A stretch of DNA of 64,000 nt from Phoronis australis (GCA_002633005.1 NMRA01000320.1:291640-355639), one strand, 5' to 3'. Positions 1-13,822 are shown, counted from the stretch's first letter. Notes: a model not told the origin generated them from the letters alone. Translations and numbers: made by a program.

Positions 1-2292
1 GGGGGGGGTATAAGGGCAAAAAATAATTGCTACAATAGGACACTCAATTCACGAAAATGAACTCAATCTTATGATGCCGCAAATCTAATGCGTGAATTCG
101 ACGTCAACTCAACTGCTTCATTTCGTATGCCATTTCTTGAATCAGGTATCAACTCAACAACTTAATTTTACCTCATTGTATCCTTTATCTCAAAAACAAA
201 GCTACTTCGTAAATTCAGTCGTGTTTAATAAAGTCAATTCTGTTTCGTCCGTGACATTTCGCATATTCAAATCGGTTAAGTCGATTCCGTTCTGTCACTT
301 CAACTGCGTTCCGTTGATGCAATGCCCCTAGTCACATTTTAGTCATGACTTGGGTGGTTCTAAAAATGTGACTGATAACTGACTAAACTGTGACTGACCA
401 AGGATAAAGGATCGGTTGTTGAAACTTTACTTTATAGGCTACACCAATTCCTCGTTCACGACGCCCTACATAATCATGCAGCTGCATAAACATTTGCGAT
501 GATAAACTAATAGGAATATGATATTTGAAATTTTATTCTCAAGCGCAAACAGATACACACGTCTACACGGGAAATAAATCTTCGAGTTAGTGAGCTTCGA
601 AACACCGGTTAACCTCACATAATACAACCACAAGAAAAAATCCTGAACAACATAAGACAGACGTGACTATAGATCTACAGTGTAAATCGTTCAATATTTC
701 GTAACAGCTATATTACCACACATTACCGTAGTTATAATAGATTCACACGACTAACCAGAATGTTTCGAAATCTAGATAAAGATATCCAGTGTACCAAAAA
801 GTTCAAGACTCAGAGAATTTTGCCTTCAACAGTTATAAATGTTCATGTTTTGAACTTCGATGAAATACGATTTGATGTTATTTTCCACTTATTATGGATT
901 TTTTCTTCTCAGCGTATTTCATTACGACTGTACACCAAATTGAAACTTAATGTAACAGAGCAAGTCTCCACTGAGCATCAAAAATGTGTATTTTTCCTCA
1001 TCAGGCATACGTCCAGTTCAGTTACACACGATGACGATCAATTTCATGTAGGCCAAGGAAGGAAACACCCTTCTCCTAAGCCTGTCGCTAGCGAAGTGCC
1101 CGACACACAGTCGCAACAAAGACATTTGCATAAGAATAACTGAACATTTGCAACTAAATAAGAATAACAATAAGCGTAAAGTTACGAACGTCCCATCACA
1201 TTAACATTTAAAAGTGAACAGTACCAACACCTGCGTAGCTGTAAGATCTAAAATGTTGTTGAAAGCAGTCTCATCTAGTTATAGAGATCTTACGTTACTA
1301 ATTGACGTGGTGATTGCGATCGTGACGACTTCACCTTTCTGTATGATAACTTATTTTTTAACTAATGATTTTTGACACGATGTTCGATTCTCATGTAGTT
1401 TGTCGTACTTTTTATTGTAAGGGAGAAGAATTAAAAAATGTGTTCCTACACGTAAAACTTTTGAAATGTGAGCCCATTGAATCTTGTCCTATTGAGTCTA
1501 ATATAGAAAAAGTGACAATTTCAATTTACGAGAGGGGTACTTAAGACTCATCATTTCAACCTTAATACAAGCATTCATATTGCTTGGAGACCGTCCAACT
1601 TTGAAATTTGATTAACAAAGTTGACGATACTTTCGAATACGCCTGCCAACTTACTAGAATCATACTCACTGGGTTGCTTAAATTTACCTACAAAGTGTTA
1701 CCACATGATAAACAATTCAAACTAAAGGAACTATCGGCCAGATAAACCGAATGTTGTCCTATACCAGAGAAGTTTCGTTAATCCAATAGGGACAGAGTCA
1801 TCATCACGTGCAATCGTACACATATCAAAAAACAACTTGCGATCGTTATGAGTCCAAATGACATTTGTAGGTACTCTAGCATTGGAATAGAGTTTCATGA
1901 CTGCAAAACGCGCAATCTTTCCAAAATATAATCTGCTGTTCCATTAAACATAAAATTAAAGTATCTCTTGGATTTTTCAAAATTTCTCCATAACATTTTG
2001 GTAAAATACCTGTTAGTTGACTGAATGAATGAGTGAGCAACACACGATAGAAAACCCATACGTAACATCCTCCCTTATACTGCTTAGCGTTTGTTATAAT
2101 ATATTACAAGAATTATTGACTTTCGCACTCGCATGTAGGCTTTCAGATCCTCGGTCATGGTCACATTTTCGGATCTGGAAACCTTCGTGAAAGCCAGTAA
2201 TCGTATAGACAATCTATAGGCCTAGACATGTTCTATGATTTTCCCTTTTGATTATAAGTAATCTTCATTGTCGTACATTGCCGGAATCTTAA

Positions 2293-2483
2293 TTATTGAA
2301 ATTGTCCATAATTGCCTAAATTCGCCGCTTCTGACCACGCAGGATACGCAGCACCGTCCATTTCTGGTGCAAAATGGTTGGTGTCCAATAGGCGGTGATT
2401 CATACCACCAATCTTTTCCTTGCATTCTGGGCATGTGCTTTCCTCGGATGCTCCACCGCATTCACCTATGGCGTACACATGAT
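2293..2483 (-). CDS. ZNFX1: ZNFX1-like paralog A, terminal coding exon (RZ-type zinc finger)
   Basis: Acceptor TTTTCAG|AT at 2484/2483 joins in phase 1 to donor AAT A|GTAAGT at 4828. The join gives WFKCPNNHVYAIGECGGASEESTCPECKEKIGGMNHRL...EMDGAAYPAWS, the ZNFX1/RNF213 RZ-finger C-terminus. Stop codon at 2293-2295. Confidence 0.92.
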
Positions 2484-2826
2484 CTGAAAAAGATGTGGTC
2501 AATGTTTAATAGAATACGATTGAACTGATTCCAATGTGAAACATCTTGTACAGTTTTTAGTCGTTCTTAAGTAATTTTCCAACAACGTATATTCTACTGT
2601 AAGAGGTAAAACCCTGGAATGAACCTTCATCTAGGTTTAGAATTTGGCACAGTGCTATTTGGCTATACTTCCGGAGCAAGTTTTCAGATATACAGAATTG
2701 ATTGAACACATCACACTTTTCATTGTTGGCAGTCTTTATTCCGTTACGTTCATATCTTCGGAATAAAACTTTACTCTCAACGGAACACAGATAAAGTAAC
2801 TGACCTAGCGACATAATTAAAAGGTA

Positions 2827-2864
2827 CACGATATTTCGAAACACACTTGTTTCATTCTCAAGGG
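2827..2864 (-). ncRNA. Minimal PLE-type hammerhead ribozyme motif (variant core), sense to ZNFX1-A pre-mRNA
   Basis: Minus strand reads TTGAGAA T GAAAC aagtgt GTTTC GAAA T ATC: a UUGAnAA core variant, 5-bp stem II, GAAA and NUH site. Stem I pairing is weak in this copy. Confidence 0.5.
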
Positions 2865-4406
2865 AAGATAAAATGACGCAGTAATGCCACCACAGAGCAA
2901 AAACTGATGACACACACAGTTGGACACGGGGTGTGTGAAATACTGCAAAGAATGACTAATGAAGGGGGAGGGGGTAACAGGAAAGTCACGCAAACAAGTG
3001 TAACGGGCAGCGCGACCCTGTATGCTGCTCATTCAAAGCAGACTTCTCAAATGCAATCAAAAAAGACTCCAATACTTTCAACCGCAGCACATCGTGCTCT
3101 ACGTACCTAATTGACGTGTTTTCCACGATTTCTTGACGGGTGATTTTACGTTTGTGACATTGCAGAAGATGATTTTGGATAGATACATAGATAACCGACG
3201 GGAAAGACGGCAAACCGTTTGACCAATGTAACATTATTTGACGTCTGAACTAAGACATTCGTTCATAGGGCATACAAACTCATAAACAACACTACACTGG
3301 TTAACGGGGCGGACTTTCGCTTTACAAATGTTATTTTTCATGACCAAGTTGGAGGACTTCCTATTCCGATAATAAATAATAACATCGAGGTAATCATCAG
3401 GCTTACAAACTTTAACATCATCTCTAATAATTTTCTTAATGGCGTGTTCGTCCTGGAGGTAATTATTAGACATTACATTTTTGTAAAATATCTTTTTGGT
3501 CACACCTGTCCGGCGTGCAGGGACTTCATAGTTAGTTCTGGACACGAATCGCTTAATATAGAAGTCTACAAAAGCATTGGTGTACCCATTATGCACCAGT
3601 GTTGTCTTATGCGATCTACCTCTTGATTAAACAATAGCCAGTTGGACGACACCGAATACGCCCTCTTTAAGAAGTTGATCAAAACTTCGACCTTATACCG
3701 CTCAGGGCACTCACTTTTGGCGTGGAGACAGAAACCTTTATCAGTAGGCTTGTGGTAAACTGATGTAGAAAATTCGGATGGAGAATGGTTCACAAGAACG
3801 TCCAAAAACGGAATCTTGTCATTTACGGGAAGCTCGTGGGTAAACTTCAATACAGAGTGACGCTCAAGTTCATCCCGTACTGATAACAAGTCATCAAAAG
3901 CACAATAAACAAAAATATCATCTACATGGCGTGTCCGCCCCGTTACCCAATGTTGTGTTGTGTGTGAGTTTGTATGCCCTATGAACAAATGTATTCGTTA
4001 ACGAATGTCTTCGTTCAAACGTCAAACAATGCTACATTGGTCAAACGGTTTGCCGTCTTTCCAGTCGGTTTTCTATGCATCTTCAAAATGGCGCCATCAT
4101 AGATTCATTTTCTGCAATGTCACAAACGTAAAATCACCTGTCAAGAAATCGTGTAAATCACGCTAATTCGGTGCGTAGAGCACGATGTGCTGCGGTTGAA
4201 AGTATTAGAGTCCCTTTTAATTGCATTTGAGAAGCCTGGTTGGAATGAGCAGGAAACAGGGTCGCGCCGCACGTTACACTTGTTTGCGTGAATATCCTGT
4301 TAGACCCCTTCATTAGTCATCCTTTGCAGTATTTCACACCCGCCGTGTCCCACTGTGTGTGTCATCAACTTTTGCACTGTAGTGGCATTACTGCGTCATT
4401 TATCTT

Positions 4407-4444
4407 CACTTGAGAATGAAACAAGTATGTTTCGAAATATCGTG
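4407..4444 (+). ncRNA. Minimal PLE-type hammerhead ribozyme motif (variant core)
   Basis: Reads cac TTGAGAA T GAAAC aagtat GTTTC GAAA T ATC gtg, with stem I cac/gtg and stem II GAAAC/GTTTC. It lies in the pseudo-LTR, where PLE hammerheads are normally found. Confidence 0.55.
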
Positions 4445-4827
4445 TGCCTTTTAATTATGTCGCTAGGTCAGTTACTTTATCTATGTTCCGTTGAGAGTAG
4501 TTTTATGTCGAAGATATCAACGTAACGGAATAAAGACTGTCAACAATGAAAAGTGTCGTGTGTTCAATCAATTCAACAGTGCTATTTGTGAATAAATTAA
4601 ATGCCCTTCGTACTACTGGCATACTGAACAAGGTGGTCCTTATTATGTTCTCTTTTTCTTTTCCTATGTAAGATAACTTCATGAGAAACCTAACTAAAAG
4701 ACGAAAAGTATCATTCCTAGATTCTCACAGCAAACCATATTCTGGGATGTTCATTCGCAATTTTCGTCTATTCATAAGCAGATTAGGTAGTAAAATTTTC
4801 CACTAATGAAAACAATCAATTACTTAC

Positions 4828-7800
4828 TATTTGGACATTTGAACCAATGGCCTTTTCTTCCAAACCCCATAGCTTTCACTATCTGTACTCGGTCTTCGTC
4901 AGTAATTCCAAGTCCACCAACCAATTTATTAACTTCCTGTAACTTTGCCTTGATTTCTTTCTCAAGCTCACTATCCACACGCCTCCCATTCGTTAATATG
5001 AGACCGACTTCACTGAGCAGTACATCAACTTCAGGCGGTTTGTTGTGGTTACTGCTCATGCGCAGGATGTGGTAGTTAACAGTTAAAGACATTCGTACGA
5101 GTTCTGTGTTTATGTCACTGGTTTCTTGATCACTGATGTGATTGCGTGACTTCACAACAAATTCTTCCAGCTCACTCAGGTCTGCAAGCAATGCATAACC
5201 GACATTTTCATCACCAGTGCATACATTTTCTTGACGTGCATTTATTCCCTCATCCAACCCTGGATGTTTTGACAGCCTCTCAATTCCGTCGAATGTGGCC
5301 CACTTTAAAATGTCTTTCTTCACTTTGTTTCCAAGAGATCTAATTTGCTTTACGAAGGCAAACTGATTCTTTAAAACATAAAATTTCATCATGGAAAGAG
5401 TGCAGTATGGTCGTTCCAACATAGGTAACAACTCATTTAAAAGTGAATCAGGACCAGACGTCATTAGTTCTTCACGCAGAGTATCGACTTCTTTTTTCAA
5501 GATGTCATCATCTCCAACCATTTGTCTTTTCACCGCTTCAATATCTACAAGTATCTGGTTGAGGATTGTTCCGTATCTTCGATTGCACCTGATAACTGTT
5601 TTACATCTTGGGCATGTCTTCATTTGAATCTCAACTTTACCGCTACTGGTATCTTCAGCGAGGTCCATCCACTTGTCTAATCCGGACATCTCAAAGACAT
5701 GACCACAGTCTTCTAGCTCCACAAACAGGGCGCTTTCCTCGTCCTCGTTTCCAAAAAAGATTTCTGTCACCTCATTTTTGTCACATATGCGACACAGTTT
5801 TGGGCAAATTTCCCCACAGATGCCAATACATGGATGACCACACTTTAGAACCGACCTGCACGGCTGATCACACCGTGGTCTGTTGCAGGGCTCGCTACAA
5901 AGCATATCGCATTTGTGGTGTCTACAGCCCCATTCACAGCGTTCTTTACAAGGTATGCACGGTTTGCCACACTGGCGGGTGCATTTACTATGTTTGCACC
6001 TGTTCTGACATAGCTCCTGGCACGGTGGGCAATTGCTTGTGCAAGGTTCTTTGCAAAAATGACCACAGACAAGCGTACGTCCACAGCTTTGTTTACAAGA
6101 AACATGTAGACGACCCTGCCGGCATGTGCCACACGTACCAACACAGTCGTGGCCACACAAAAGCTTTGTCTGGCACGTTTGGGGACATTTGAAATTATCG
6201 GAATTCCAGTAACATTCCATTTCCACGTTGTGGCCGCATGGCCCCTGTCGAGTGACAACTTCAGAACATTTTAGTGTGCATGGTTCTCCGCATTTCTTTT
6301 TACACGTGTGACCGCACCCTGTAAGAAACTTGATGCACTTTTCCTGGCAGGTAAACTCAGAAGGGTGCACGTGACATTCCATCAGCTGTTCATGACCACA
6401 TGTTGGCATTTTCTTAGGCACACGGATCGCACATGGGTCACACATCTGATAGCATTTCTTCTTGCACTTGTGGTTGTAAGTGCATAGCTTCTTGTCACAC
6501 ACTTTCTTGCATTTGATTGTATAGTGTTCGTCACGGTGACACCTTTTCGGACAGCTGTGACCACACTCTAGGCGAACGGTACACGGTTGGGTACAACCTC
6601 CGTCGGGAGCTTTCCTGAAATCTTCAGCACTCTTTGCATGAATTGTCTTATCCTTATGGTTCTCACAGCGCAATATCAATTCATTTCCTATGAACTTTTC
6701 TTGCTTTGCTATTCTCACTAAATCTCTCCACAACGTTGTTTTAATGTTCGATTCGAGAAGATCAAAATTCCCAATTACGAACATTCCCTTTCGTGCTCGA
6801 GAGAGAGCAACGCAGACACGATTTTCAACAGACAGGAAACCAATATTTCCATTAGGGTTGCTACGCACCAAGGACAGAAGGATGATATCATTTTCTTCAC
6901 CTTGGAAGTTGTCAACTGTTGTTGAACGTACACCAGTGAGGCATTCACTCCTTTTCATGTACTCCTGTATCTTCAACAACTGATCGAAGTAGAATGTTAG
7001 TACCGTAATTTGACTGACTGAGTAACCTTGTAAAACCAGATAACGGCACAGAGCAGTAATGTACTTGGCTTCGTGAATGTTCGATTTGCCTTTCAGTTCT
7101 TCGCTGAACGTCTCGTGGTGACCATGGTTGATGAAGAAAAGGTTTTTCGATACTCCCCTGATGTCATCAAAATTATTCACGCTGTCGTCATTTTCCAAAT
7201 CTGGATATATTGGTCTCATTAGCTTTGCAATTATCGGTCGCATTCTGTGCTGACGTTGCAAACAGTTGTGAGCAATGTTGTTTACAACTAATCTCTCAAA
7301 CAAAGATATTTCGAGATTAAACCTCTTTGCCAATTCGTCCACATTAGCACTAGGTCGAAGTTGTTTATGGTCACCAATAAGAATAAGATGTTGACAACCT
7401 TCACTAAGTGAGGTAACGATGTGAGCTTCAAATACCTCTGCTGCCTCTTCAACTATCACGATCTTTGGTTTAATTTGCTGAAGAGCCGCTTTGTATTTAG
7501 CAGCGCACGTTGTAGTCATTCCAAGAATTGTAGAGCTTCTCATAATATGCACATCGTTTTGCATATTAATTTCTTGAAGTCGTTGGTACTCGCGATCATA
7601 TCGTCTCTGCAGGCTTCGTATGTTATCTTTCAAATTCCGGATGTATTTGTTGATCCAGAAGCGATACAGTCTCCTGCGGTCTACTACAGAAAGTGTCCAC
7701 ACGTCAGTAACACGTCCCACTTCCACTTCTGTCATAGCGTCAGTGTTGTGCATTATTTCCATTATTTTATTCCTTCCATCCTTGTTATTGTCTTGAATTC

Positions 7801-10287
7801 TCCACACGATGTGATCAATTTGATCTGGGTCGATTTTATTCACGTTTACTTCCCAAGTTTTTTTTGCTTTTGCGCGATTAATTATACAACGTAAATCCTC
7901 TGGTTGAACTGCTGTCATGTTATCGTCACCAATGTCATTAATGGCAGTTGCTTCTTCATTGCTGTTTTCGTCTACGTCTTCATAACCTGCATATGCGCGA
8001 TTAAGTGTACAACGTAAATCCTCTTGTTGAACTGGTGTCACATTATCGTCATCAATGTCATCTATGTACAACTGATCTTGCATGGTAGCTGCGTCTTCTA
8101 CCAGAAATTCTTCATAATCGTCATTGCTGTTTTCGTCTACGTCTTCATAACCTGCATTTGCGCGATTAAGTTTACAACGTAAATCCTCTTGTTGAACTGG
8201 TGTCATGTTAGTGTCATCAACGTTTTCGTCTACGTCTTCATGATCTGCATTAGTGCGATTAAGTTTACAACGTAAATCCTCTTGTTGAACTGGTGTCATG
8301 TTATTGTCATCAACGTCATCTATGTACAACTGATCTTGCATGGTAGCTGCGTCTTCCACCAGAATATCTTCCCAATAATCATTGCTGTTGTCGTCTACGT
8401 CTTCTGGACCTTCTTGGTGTTCATCACACACATCCTTTCCTGTTGAAAGGCCAAGCCAATCCAAAAAAACAGACCACGGTGGATTAGTGTTCATCCGAAG
8501 ACCGTCGCACATTTCGTTATATTTGGATCCTTCGAGATAAGTACCCTTACTATTAGATTTTCTGGTTGCTATATCATTGATCAGGAAACCTTCGTACAGA
8601 TGGTCGCCCATGAAGTCTTTTACATAATCGATTTTAACATAACTCTTCGTTTCTTCAATACGAGCAGTCATCCGATTAATATTATTCCGCAAAGAATTCA
8701 TTTTTATTCTTGTATCTCGCAAACCGCGGAATATGAGCATTGGTGTGACCTTGTTTCGTTTTTTCTCCTTCCTTAGGTTTTTCAAAATGCAGTTTTGAAG
8801 GACAGTGCTTTTACTTCGCCCCCCAACTCTTACAATTCCACTTTTTTCAAATTTGTGAATTCCTTCTAGAAATTGATCTAAAGCGTGGTTCGTATAGCAG
8901 ACGATGAAAATTGGGGTGTTGTCGTTTGTATCTTCCCTATCACGCCAGTGCGTTTTGTTGCGAAGAAGAACTTCTACAATCTTCAGACCAACGTACGTTT
9001 TGCCGGTACCAGGAGGACCTTGAATAACAGCAAGCTCTTTGGTAAGCGCTGTCCTAACTGCCTCAAGCTGAGAATCGTCGAAATACTCTGAACGAGGCCA
9101 ATGAGTGGTCGTCAATAGGGGCGTAGATACGCTTTCTTTAAACAGGGGAGTGAGGTCATATGACTCAACATACTTATCCAATAAGTATGCAGGCGGTTTT
9201 ATTTTCGACAGTTCGCATTTAATAATGTATTTCTGAAAGGGAAAGTTGGTCTCGTTCATATGTTGAAGAGCTTTCAAAACATGGCGATACGCTTCAAAAT
9301 ATGCTGAAGTTTCGACCATCGTAAAAATATCACCTGCCGTCAAACCGGTCCACTCACTGTGGTCATTGTGGTGACTTTCGAATCGAACTTCAAGTTCTCC
9401 ATTAACTAGATCTTTAGGTTCCCTATTAGAAACAGTGGCGAACAATAATGTTTTGAAATCATCGTTTGAAAGACACAAGAGTGCACCAAATATCAGACGT
9501 TTCGAAATTTTCCAATTAATTCTTTTCATTTTACTCACATCAAACTTAATTCGATACGTTATACCGTTGTGTGCGCAGACAGGATGCAGGACGCGGACCC
9601 CATGGTAAAATTTTACGTTTTGCATTTGACTTGCAGAACCTGGTTTTGTTTTGATATCCAAATATTCTTCGATACTTTCTCGCAGTGGTCCGACAAAATC
9701 CTCGCAAAGTAAACGAAAATGAATATCGAGATATGTCTCGACATCTTGGAACTTCCCTTGAACTTTGTTTGCCCTGAGAAATGGTTTTTTGTTTGTCATA
9801 TCCTCTATCTGTGGGAATATAGACTTGTCCCGTAAAGAATCCGGCCATTCAGCAGCAGTTCCCCCTTCTGCATCCCGAGCACGTGTGCAAAATTGCTGGG
9901 CGAGGTTGTTGCGTAACTGAATAACCTTTGACAACTCTTCTTCTATTTGTTGTGTTACAATAGCGCTAGTGCTCCCGAGAGATTTGATCTGTCCATCGAT
10001 GTGATTTACAACCAACATGACGTCAATATAAGATTCGGGCACACGAGTCAACAGCACTTTTAAAATGATAAGAAGGGATAATAGTGGTCTCTGAAATGAG
10101 CACTGGCGATCAAAGGACTGTTCCATTGACATCTCCGTTAAGTAATTAGGAATGACACTCTTCATGAAGCTGGAGTTTCGAATGATATCCAAAAGTTTAG
10201 ACTGATGACTCGGGTATGAGCTCTGAGAGCAAGCCTTTTCAAGGATTCCAAGGAGACGAACAGTCCTGTCAGGTTTCATAACGTCAA
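4828..10287 (-). CDS. ZNFX1: ZNFX1-like paralog A, giant 5460-nt exon (ARM-like region, UPF1-like SF1B helicase, NF-X1 zinc fingers, RING-like region)
   Basis: Open 1819-aa ORF with GPPGTGKT, VCYTNHALDQFL, VEEAAE, LIGDHKQL, SLFERL, QHRM, TVDNFQGEE and RVCVALSRA, followed by CGH-type Cys arrays and LEDCGH...CPRC. Acceptor TTTCAG|TT at 10288/10287; donor GTAAGT at 4827. Confidence 0.95.
7873..8402 (-). repeat. Intragenic in-frame tandem repeat (acidic) within the helicase insertion of paralog A
   Basis: Four copies of DDx(N)(M/V)TxVQxEDLRCx(L/I)NR and two of SNDxxExxLVEDAATMQDQLYIDD, near-identical at DNA level (acaacgtaaatcctct x4). Confidence 0.9.
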
Positions 10288-10573
10288 CTGAAAGAACAGA
10301 TTACAAACTTTGTGGTATTGAACAAATCATCAAATTGTCTTCAAATTTAAAGCTGTTGATTAGTTGTACAGCCACCCATGCGTGCTGTTACTTTTACAAC
10401 TTACCCGTCCTCTTAAAAAAGTACTCAAGTATTTTTTTTCGCATTTGATTAAAAAACTGTGCACGCATTTCACATTGGAAAATTACAACACTGCAGGTAT
10501 CATAGAATTTCATGAGCATACCAACTTTTTCACAACAGGAATTACAATGCCATGTACAAGTCATGAAGTCGAG

Positions 10574-10576
<3 letters not shown>

Positions 10577-10611
<35 letters not shown>

Positions 10612-10647
10612 CACACACACACACCCGCACACGCACACGCACACACA
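10577..10647. repeat. (CA)n microsatellite
   Basis: Visible CA/CACG run. Confidence 0.95.
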
Positions 10648-10779
10648 CTCGCCACACCCATAGCAAGGATCAATCAATGGTTATTAGAAAAACAATGGCG
10701 CCATAGGGGTCTATCTATCATTGGAACTATTTTGTTAGCAAGTTTTTGAATGTATAAGTTTTCCTATATTAAATATAGA

Positions 10780-12610
10780 TTTCTTGAGCGAAGGTAAATA
10801 ATTTTTTTCTTAAACGCATGTTGTGGATGTGTAAATTTGCCAGGCAAATCAAGAGATACACATTTTTTATCTTTTCCAAAAAGTTCATAGAAATGAAATT
10901 TAAGGCAATTCCCGTTTTAGTATAATTTGGCAGCAATGCCTCTTAACGAACTCTGCAATTCCTGTTTTATGTAAAATCCAGTTTCGAAAGGAGTCGCAAA
11001 AGAACTGAAAAACATTGCAAACCAAAGGAGATGGATTAAAATTTCTGGCTCCTTTTTACAAAAAGTGCACGAGTTTGAAGACAAGATTCCACTTTTACAA
11101 AGGAAGGTATTGAGACTAATTATTCCATGAATAAATCTCATCAATTTAACACCACATGTAAAACTAATAGAACCTTTGTATGCCTTTCTTCACCCGTCAC
11201 TAGTTAAATCAAAATTCAAATTTAACTCCTATATAACTTATATTTTAGTTTAGGTTTTCTACAGAGCTGTTTATCAGAGACCACAGATCTCTTATTTACT
11301 CATTTCTGTGATACTAAGTGAGTTAATTGTTTTTGATAGTGGGGAAGGTGTACATCAGAGTGGTCGTTTAGTGACCAATTGAGAAATTTAAGGAATGATT
11401 TTCTTAAACCAAGAAATGAGAAGTGAATGGTGGAAAGAAACGGAACGCTGTACAGAATTTTTGATATGACTTCAATTTACCCTCAGTACAAAGAAGGTCA
11501 AATATATAACTAATGAAGAAAACATATTGACTGCTGATAAAAATGTTCGAATTATATTAAAGTGGTTCATATATCTACCATATTTATCCCCAGTGTGACG
11601 CCAGCAAATTATTCATAAGCATTGAGTGAATGCTTCTTTCCAGAACTTGTTTCTGATGCCTTTTTGACAATGTTCAAAGAAATGTTCACCAAAATGTGAG
11701 GAGTTACAGACAGAAAAAGGTTTGTTTAGTTTCAAAATATGAATCCATAGTTCATCACCATCTGTAATTAATTTCTGTTGCCATGACAGCTTTATTAAAA
11801 AGTATAAACATGAATCATTTTGCAATCACCTTGTGAAAATTCTTGTATCATTGTGTCCCTTTTAAATCTGTCGTTTTTCCCTTTCCAAATAAAATTGAAG
11901 AATAATTTTGTAAAAGAGCCAGTGTTTCCTTTGGGGGATAAGGTAGCGAAGTGAACAGGTGAACACGTGTTGGCAGAATAAATGACTTAATTATGGTTAT
12001 CCTTCCAAGAGTAGTTACAGGTCTTCTCGACCAAGACAATAAATCTCTATGTATGTTATTAAAAAATTTTCTGTATAATTATACATCAATATCTCACCTA
12101 GATTCACGCAATGTTTTATATCCAAAAGTGTAAAATGAGGTTTAGACCATGAAAGATCAGTTTCCTGACGTAGCTTATTTTTGTTCCATTTCGAAGAGCC
12201 GATCCAAATACAATGCGTTTTTTGCGTAATGGGTTTTAAGCCCAAAAATTTATTGGCTTGTTTAAGTAGATCCAATGAATCTGTAAGAGAACAATAAAAA
12301 CCATCTGGGGTAAGAACAGTGTAATCTGAGCTCTTATCCTCTACGTTGATTCCTTTTATAATATCATTTTGTCGAAACAAAATTACCATGATTTCTCCAC
12401 AAAACAGGAAAAGGTGTGGTGAAAGCGGGTAGCCTTGACGGTAGCTTCTACCTACTTGAAAGTACTCAGAATAAAGCCGTGTTGTATAACACACATCCAA
12501 GCACCATTGTTTATCAATCGAATCCATTCATGGAACTGAACTCCAAAGTTGAAAAACTTCAGACAGTTGTATAAGAATTGCCACGAAACTGGATCAAAGG
12601 CTTTGTTACT
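10780..12610 (-). mobile_element. Decayed L1/Tx1-type LINE ORF2 remnant (RT C-terminal half to zf-RVT)
   Basis: Fragments AFDPVSW, RQGYPLSPHLFL, IKGINV, TTLGRITIIKSFILP and CTFCKKEPEILIHLLW, with many stops and frameshifts. Confidence 0.8.
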
Positions 12611-13149
12611 GCAGACTGCCATGTCATGTTATTCTGATTTACACGTACGAATACGCGTGTTTCCCGCCTTGCAACTAGACTTGTTACTGTATAGTTCTTG
12701 TGTCAGATGTCTCTCTCTCTCTCTGACTGCTTATTTTCGTGGCGTCTTTTTCGAATGTCATTCCACAAACGTATATGGTGGAGAAACGTCCAATGTACAT
12801 ACAGTTATTCAACGGAATTTTAGTTGGACTTGGGGCGATATCGGCGTAAGTGCTCGTGTTCATTCATATAAACTAGTTTATTTGCATTAATTGGTATATT
12901 AGTTTTCCCCTGTTCTGTCAGGTGTATTAACATTTTGAGCTCTTGCTATTAAGGTATGCTCTTTGCCCGTCGTCATTTTCCTGGACGTTGTCCGGAGAAT
13001 TGAATTGTCATATACATGGTATAGCATTAGGTAACATGTAAATTTGAACATAGTTTTTTGTTATATTTCAGGTTACCTACTACTACTACTTATTCTGCTG
13101 ACAATAAAAGAGTAAAGCCCCCCAGATCCTCTTCTGTTTTGCTCCAACA

Positions 13150-13720
13150 GGCTTTCTGAAGTCTACCAGGACTAAAAGTATTGGAGTATTTTTTCTTCAA
13201 CATAATGCATCAAGTCATAAACAGCTGTAGTGTTTTCACCAATAAAACAGCCCTTGAATAAAATGAAAAGCTTTTTTGGTTTGAGTGTATTAAACTATAA
13301 CTGTTTTAACGCGATCGGCTATGCAACCCAAAAGACTCCTATAAGAACTGTTCAGCAAAGACATTGGTCTCCAGTTGGCTTATTATTCTCTTGGTTTATT
13401 AGACTTTGGAATAATAGAGATTATGCCTTGCGACTGAGATATTGGTAAATGACCAGTTTTGAAACTGTTATTATACAAGCATACTAAAAAATTGATAAAT
13501 TTTTCCAAAACAACTTGAAAAAATCGGCTGGGAATCCGTCAAGACCGGGATTTTTTTTCATTTATCATGCTTTTGACAAATGGGCTTTGTCTACAGTTAT
13601 CAGGCCATTAGTTTAGAGCTCACAGAGTCACTAAGCTCACTATAATATTCGGAAATTAAGAGGGTAGTTCGACTGATATTTTCCAGAGAACAATCTTTTG
13701 AAGCATATAGGGATTTATAG
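13150..13720 (-). mobile_element. Decayed L1/Tx1-type LINE ORF2 remnant (RT N-terminal part)
   Basis: Minus-strand translation gives PGLDGFPADFFK ... GIISIIPK ... NWRPMSLLN. Confidence 0.75.
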
Positions 13721-13822
13721 CAGGTACCATAGAAGAATTTCATTCGCACAAGAAGTGATTACTAACTCCAAGTGATAATCAGCCAACGCAACCAGAACTA
13801 AAGCATATGTATCTGTGCCTAC

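Larger units (their letters stand above)
2662..4575 (-). mobile_element. Decayed Penelope-like retroelement (RT C-terminus + GIY-YIG) with inverted pseudo-LTR arms, in the last intron of paralog A
   Basis: ORF fragments include RHVDDIF, LKFTHE, IPFLDVLV, TSVYHKPT and a GIY-YIG region (SVVYEFVCP ... YIGQT-like, RLKVLESFLI). Segment 2694-3292 is the reverse complement of 3955-4574. A 13-bp direct repeat acagtgctatttg flanks it at 2649-2661 and 4576-4588 (candidate TSD). Confidence 0.85.

Noticed and set aside
5075-9848. Short antisense or alternate-frame ORFs inside ZNFX1-A (and likewise 58414-63205 in B)
   Set aside because: Shadow ORFs of long coding exons with no recognisable motifs.
10364-10706. 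His/Thr- and Val/Cys-rich ORFs
   Set aside because: Translations of the CA microsatellite.
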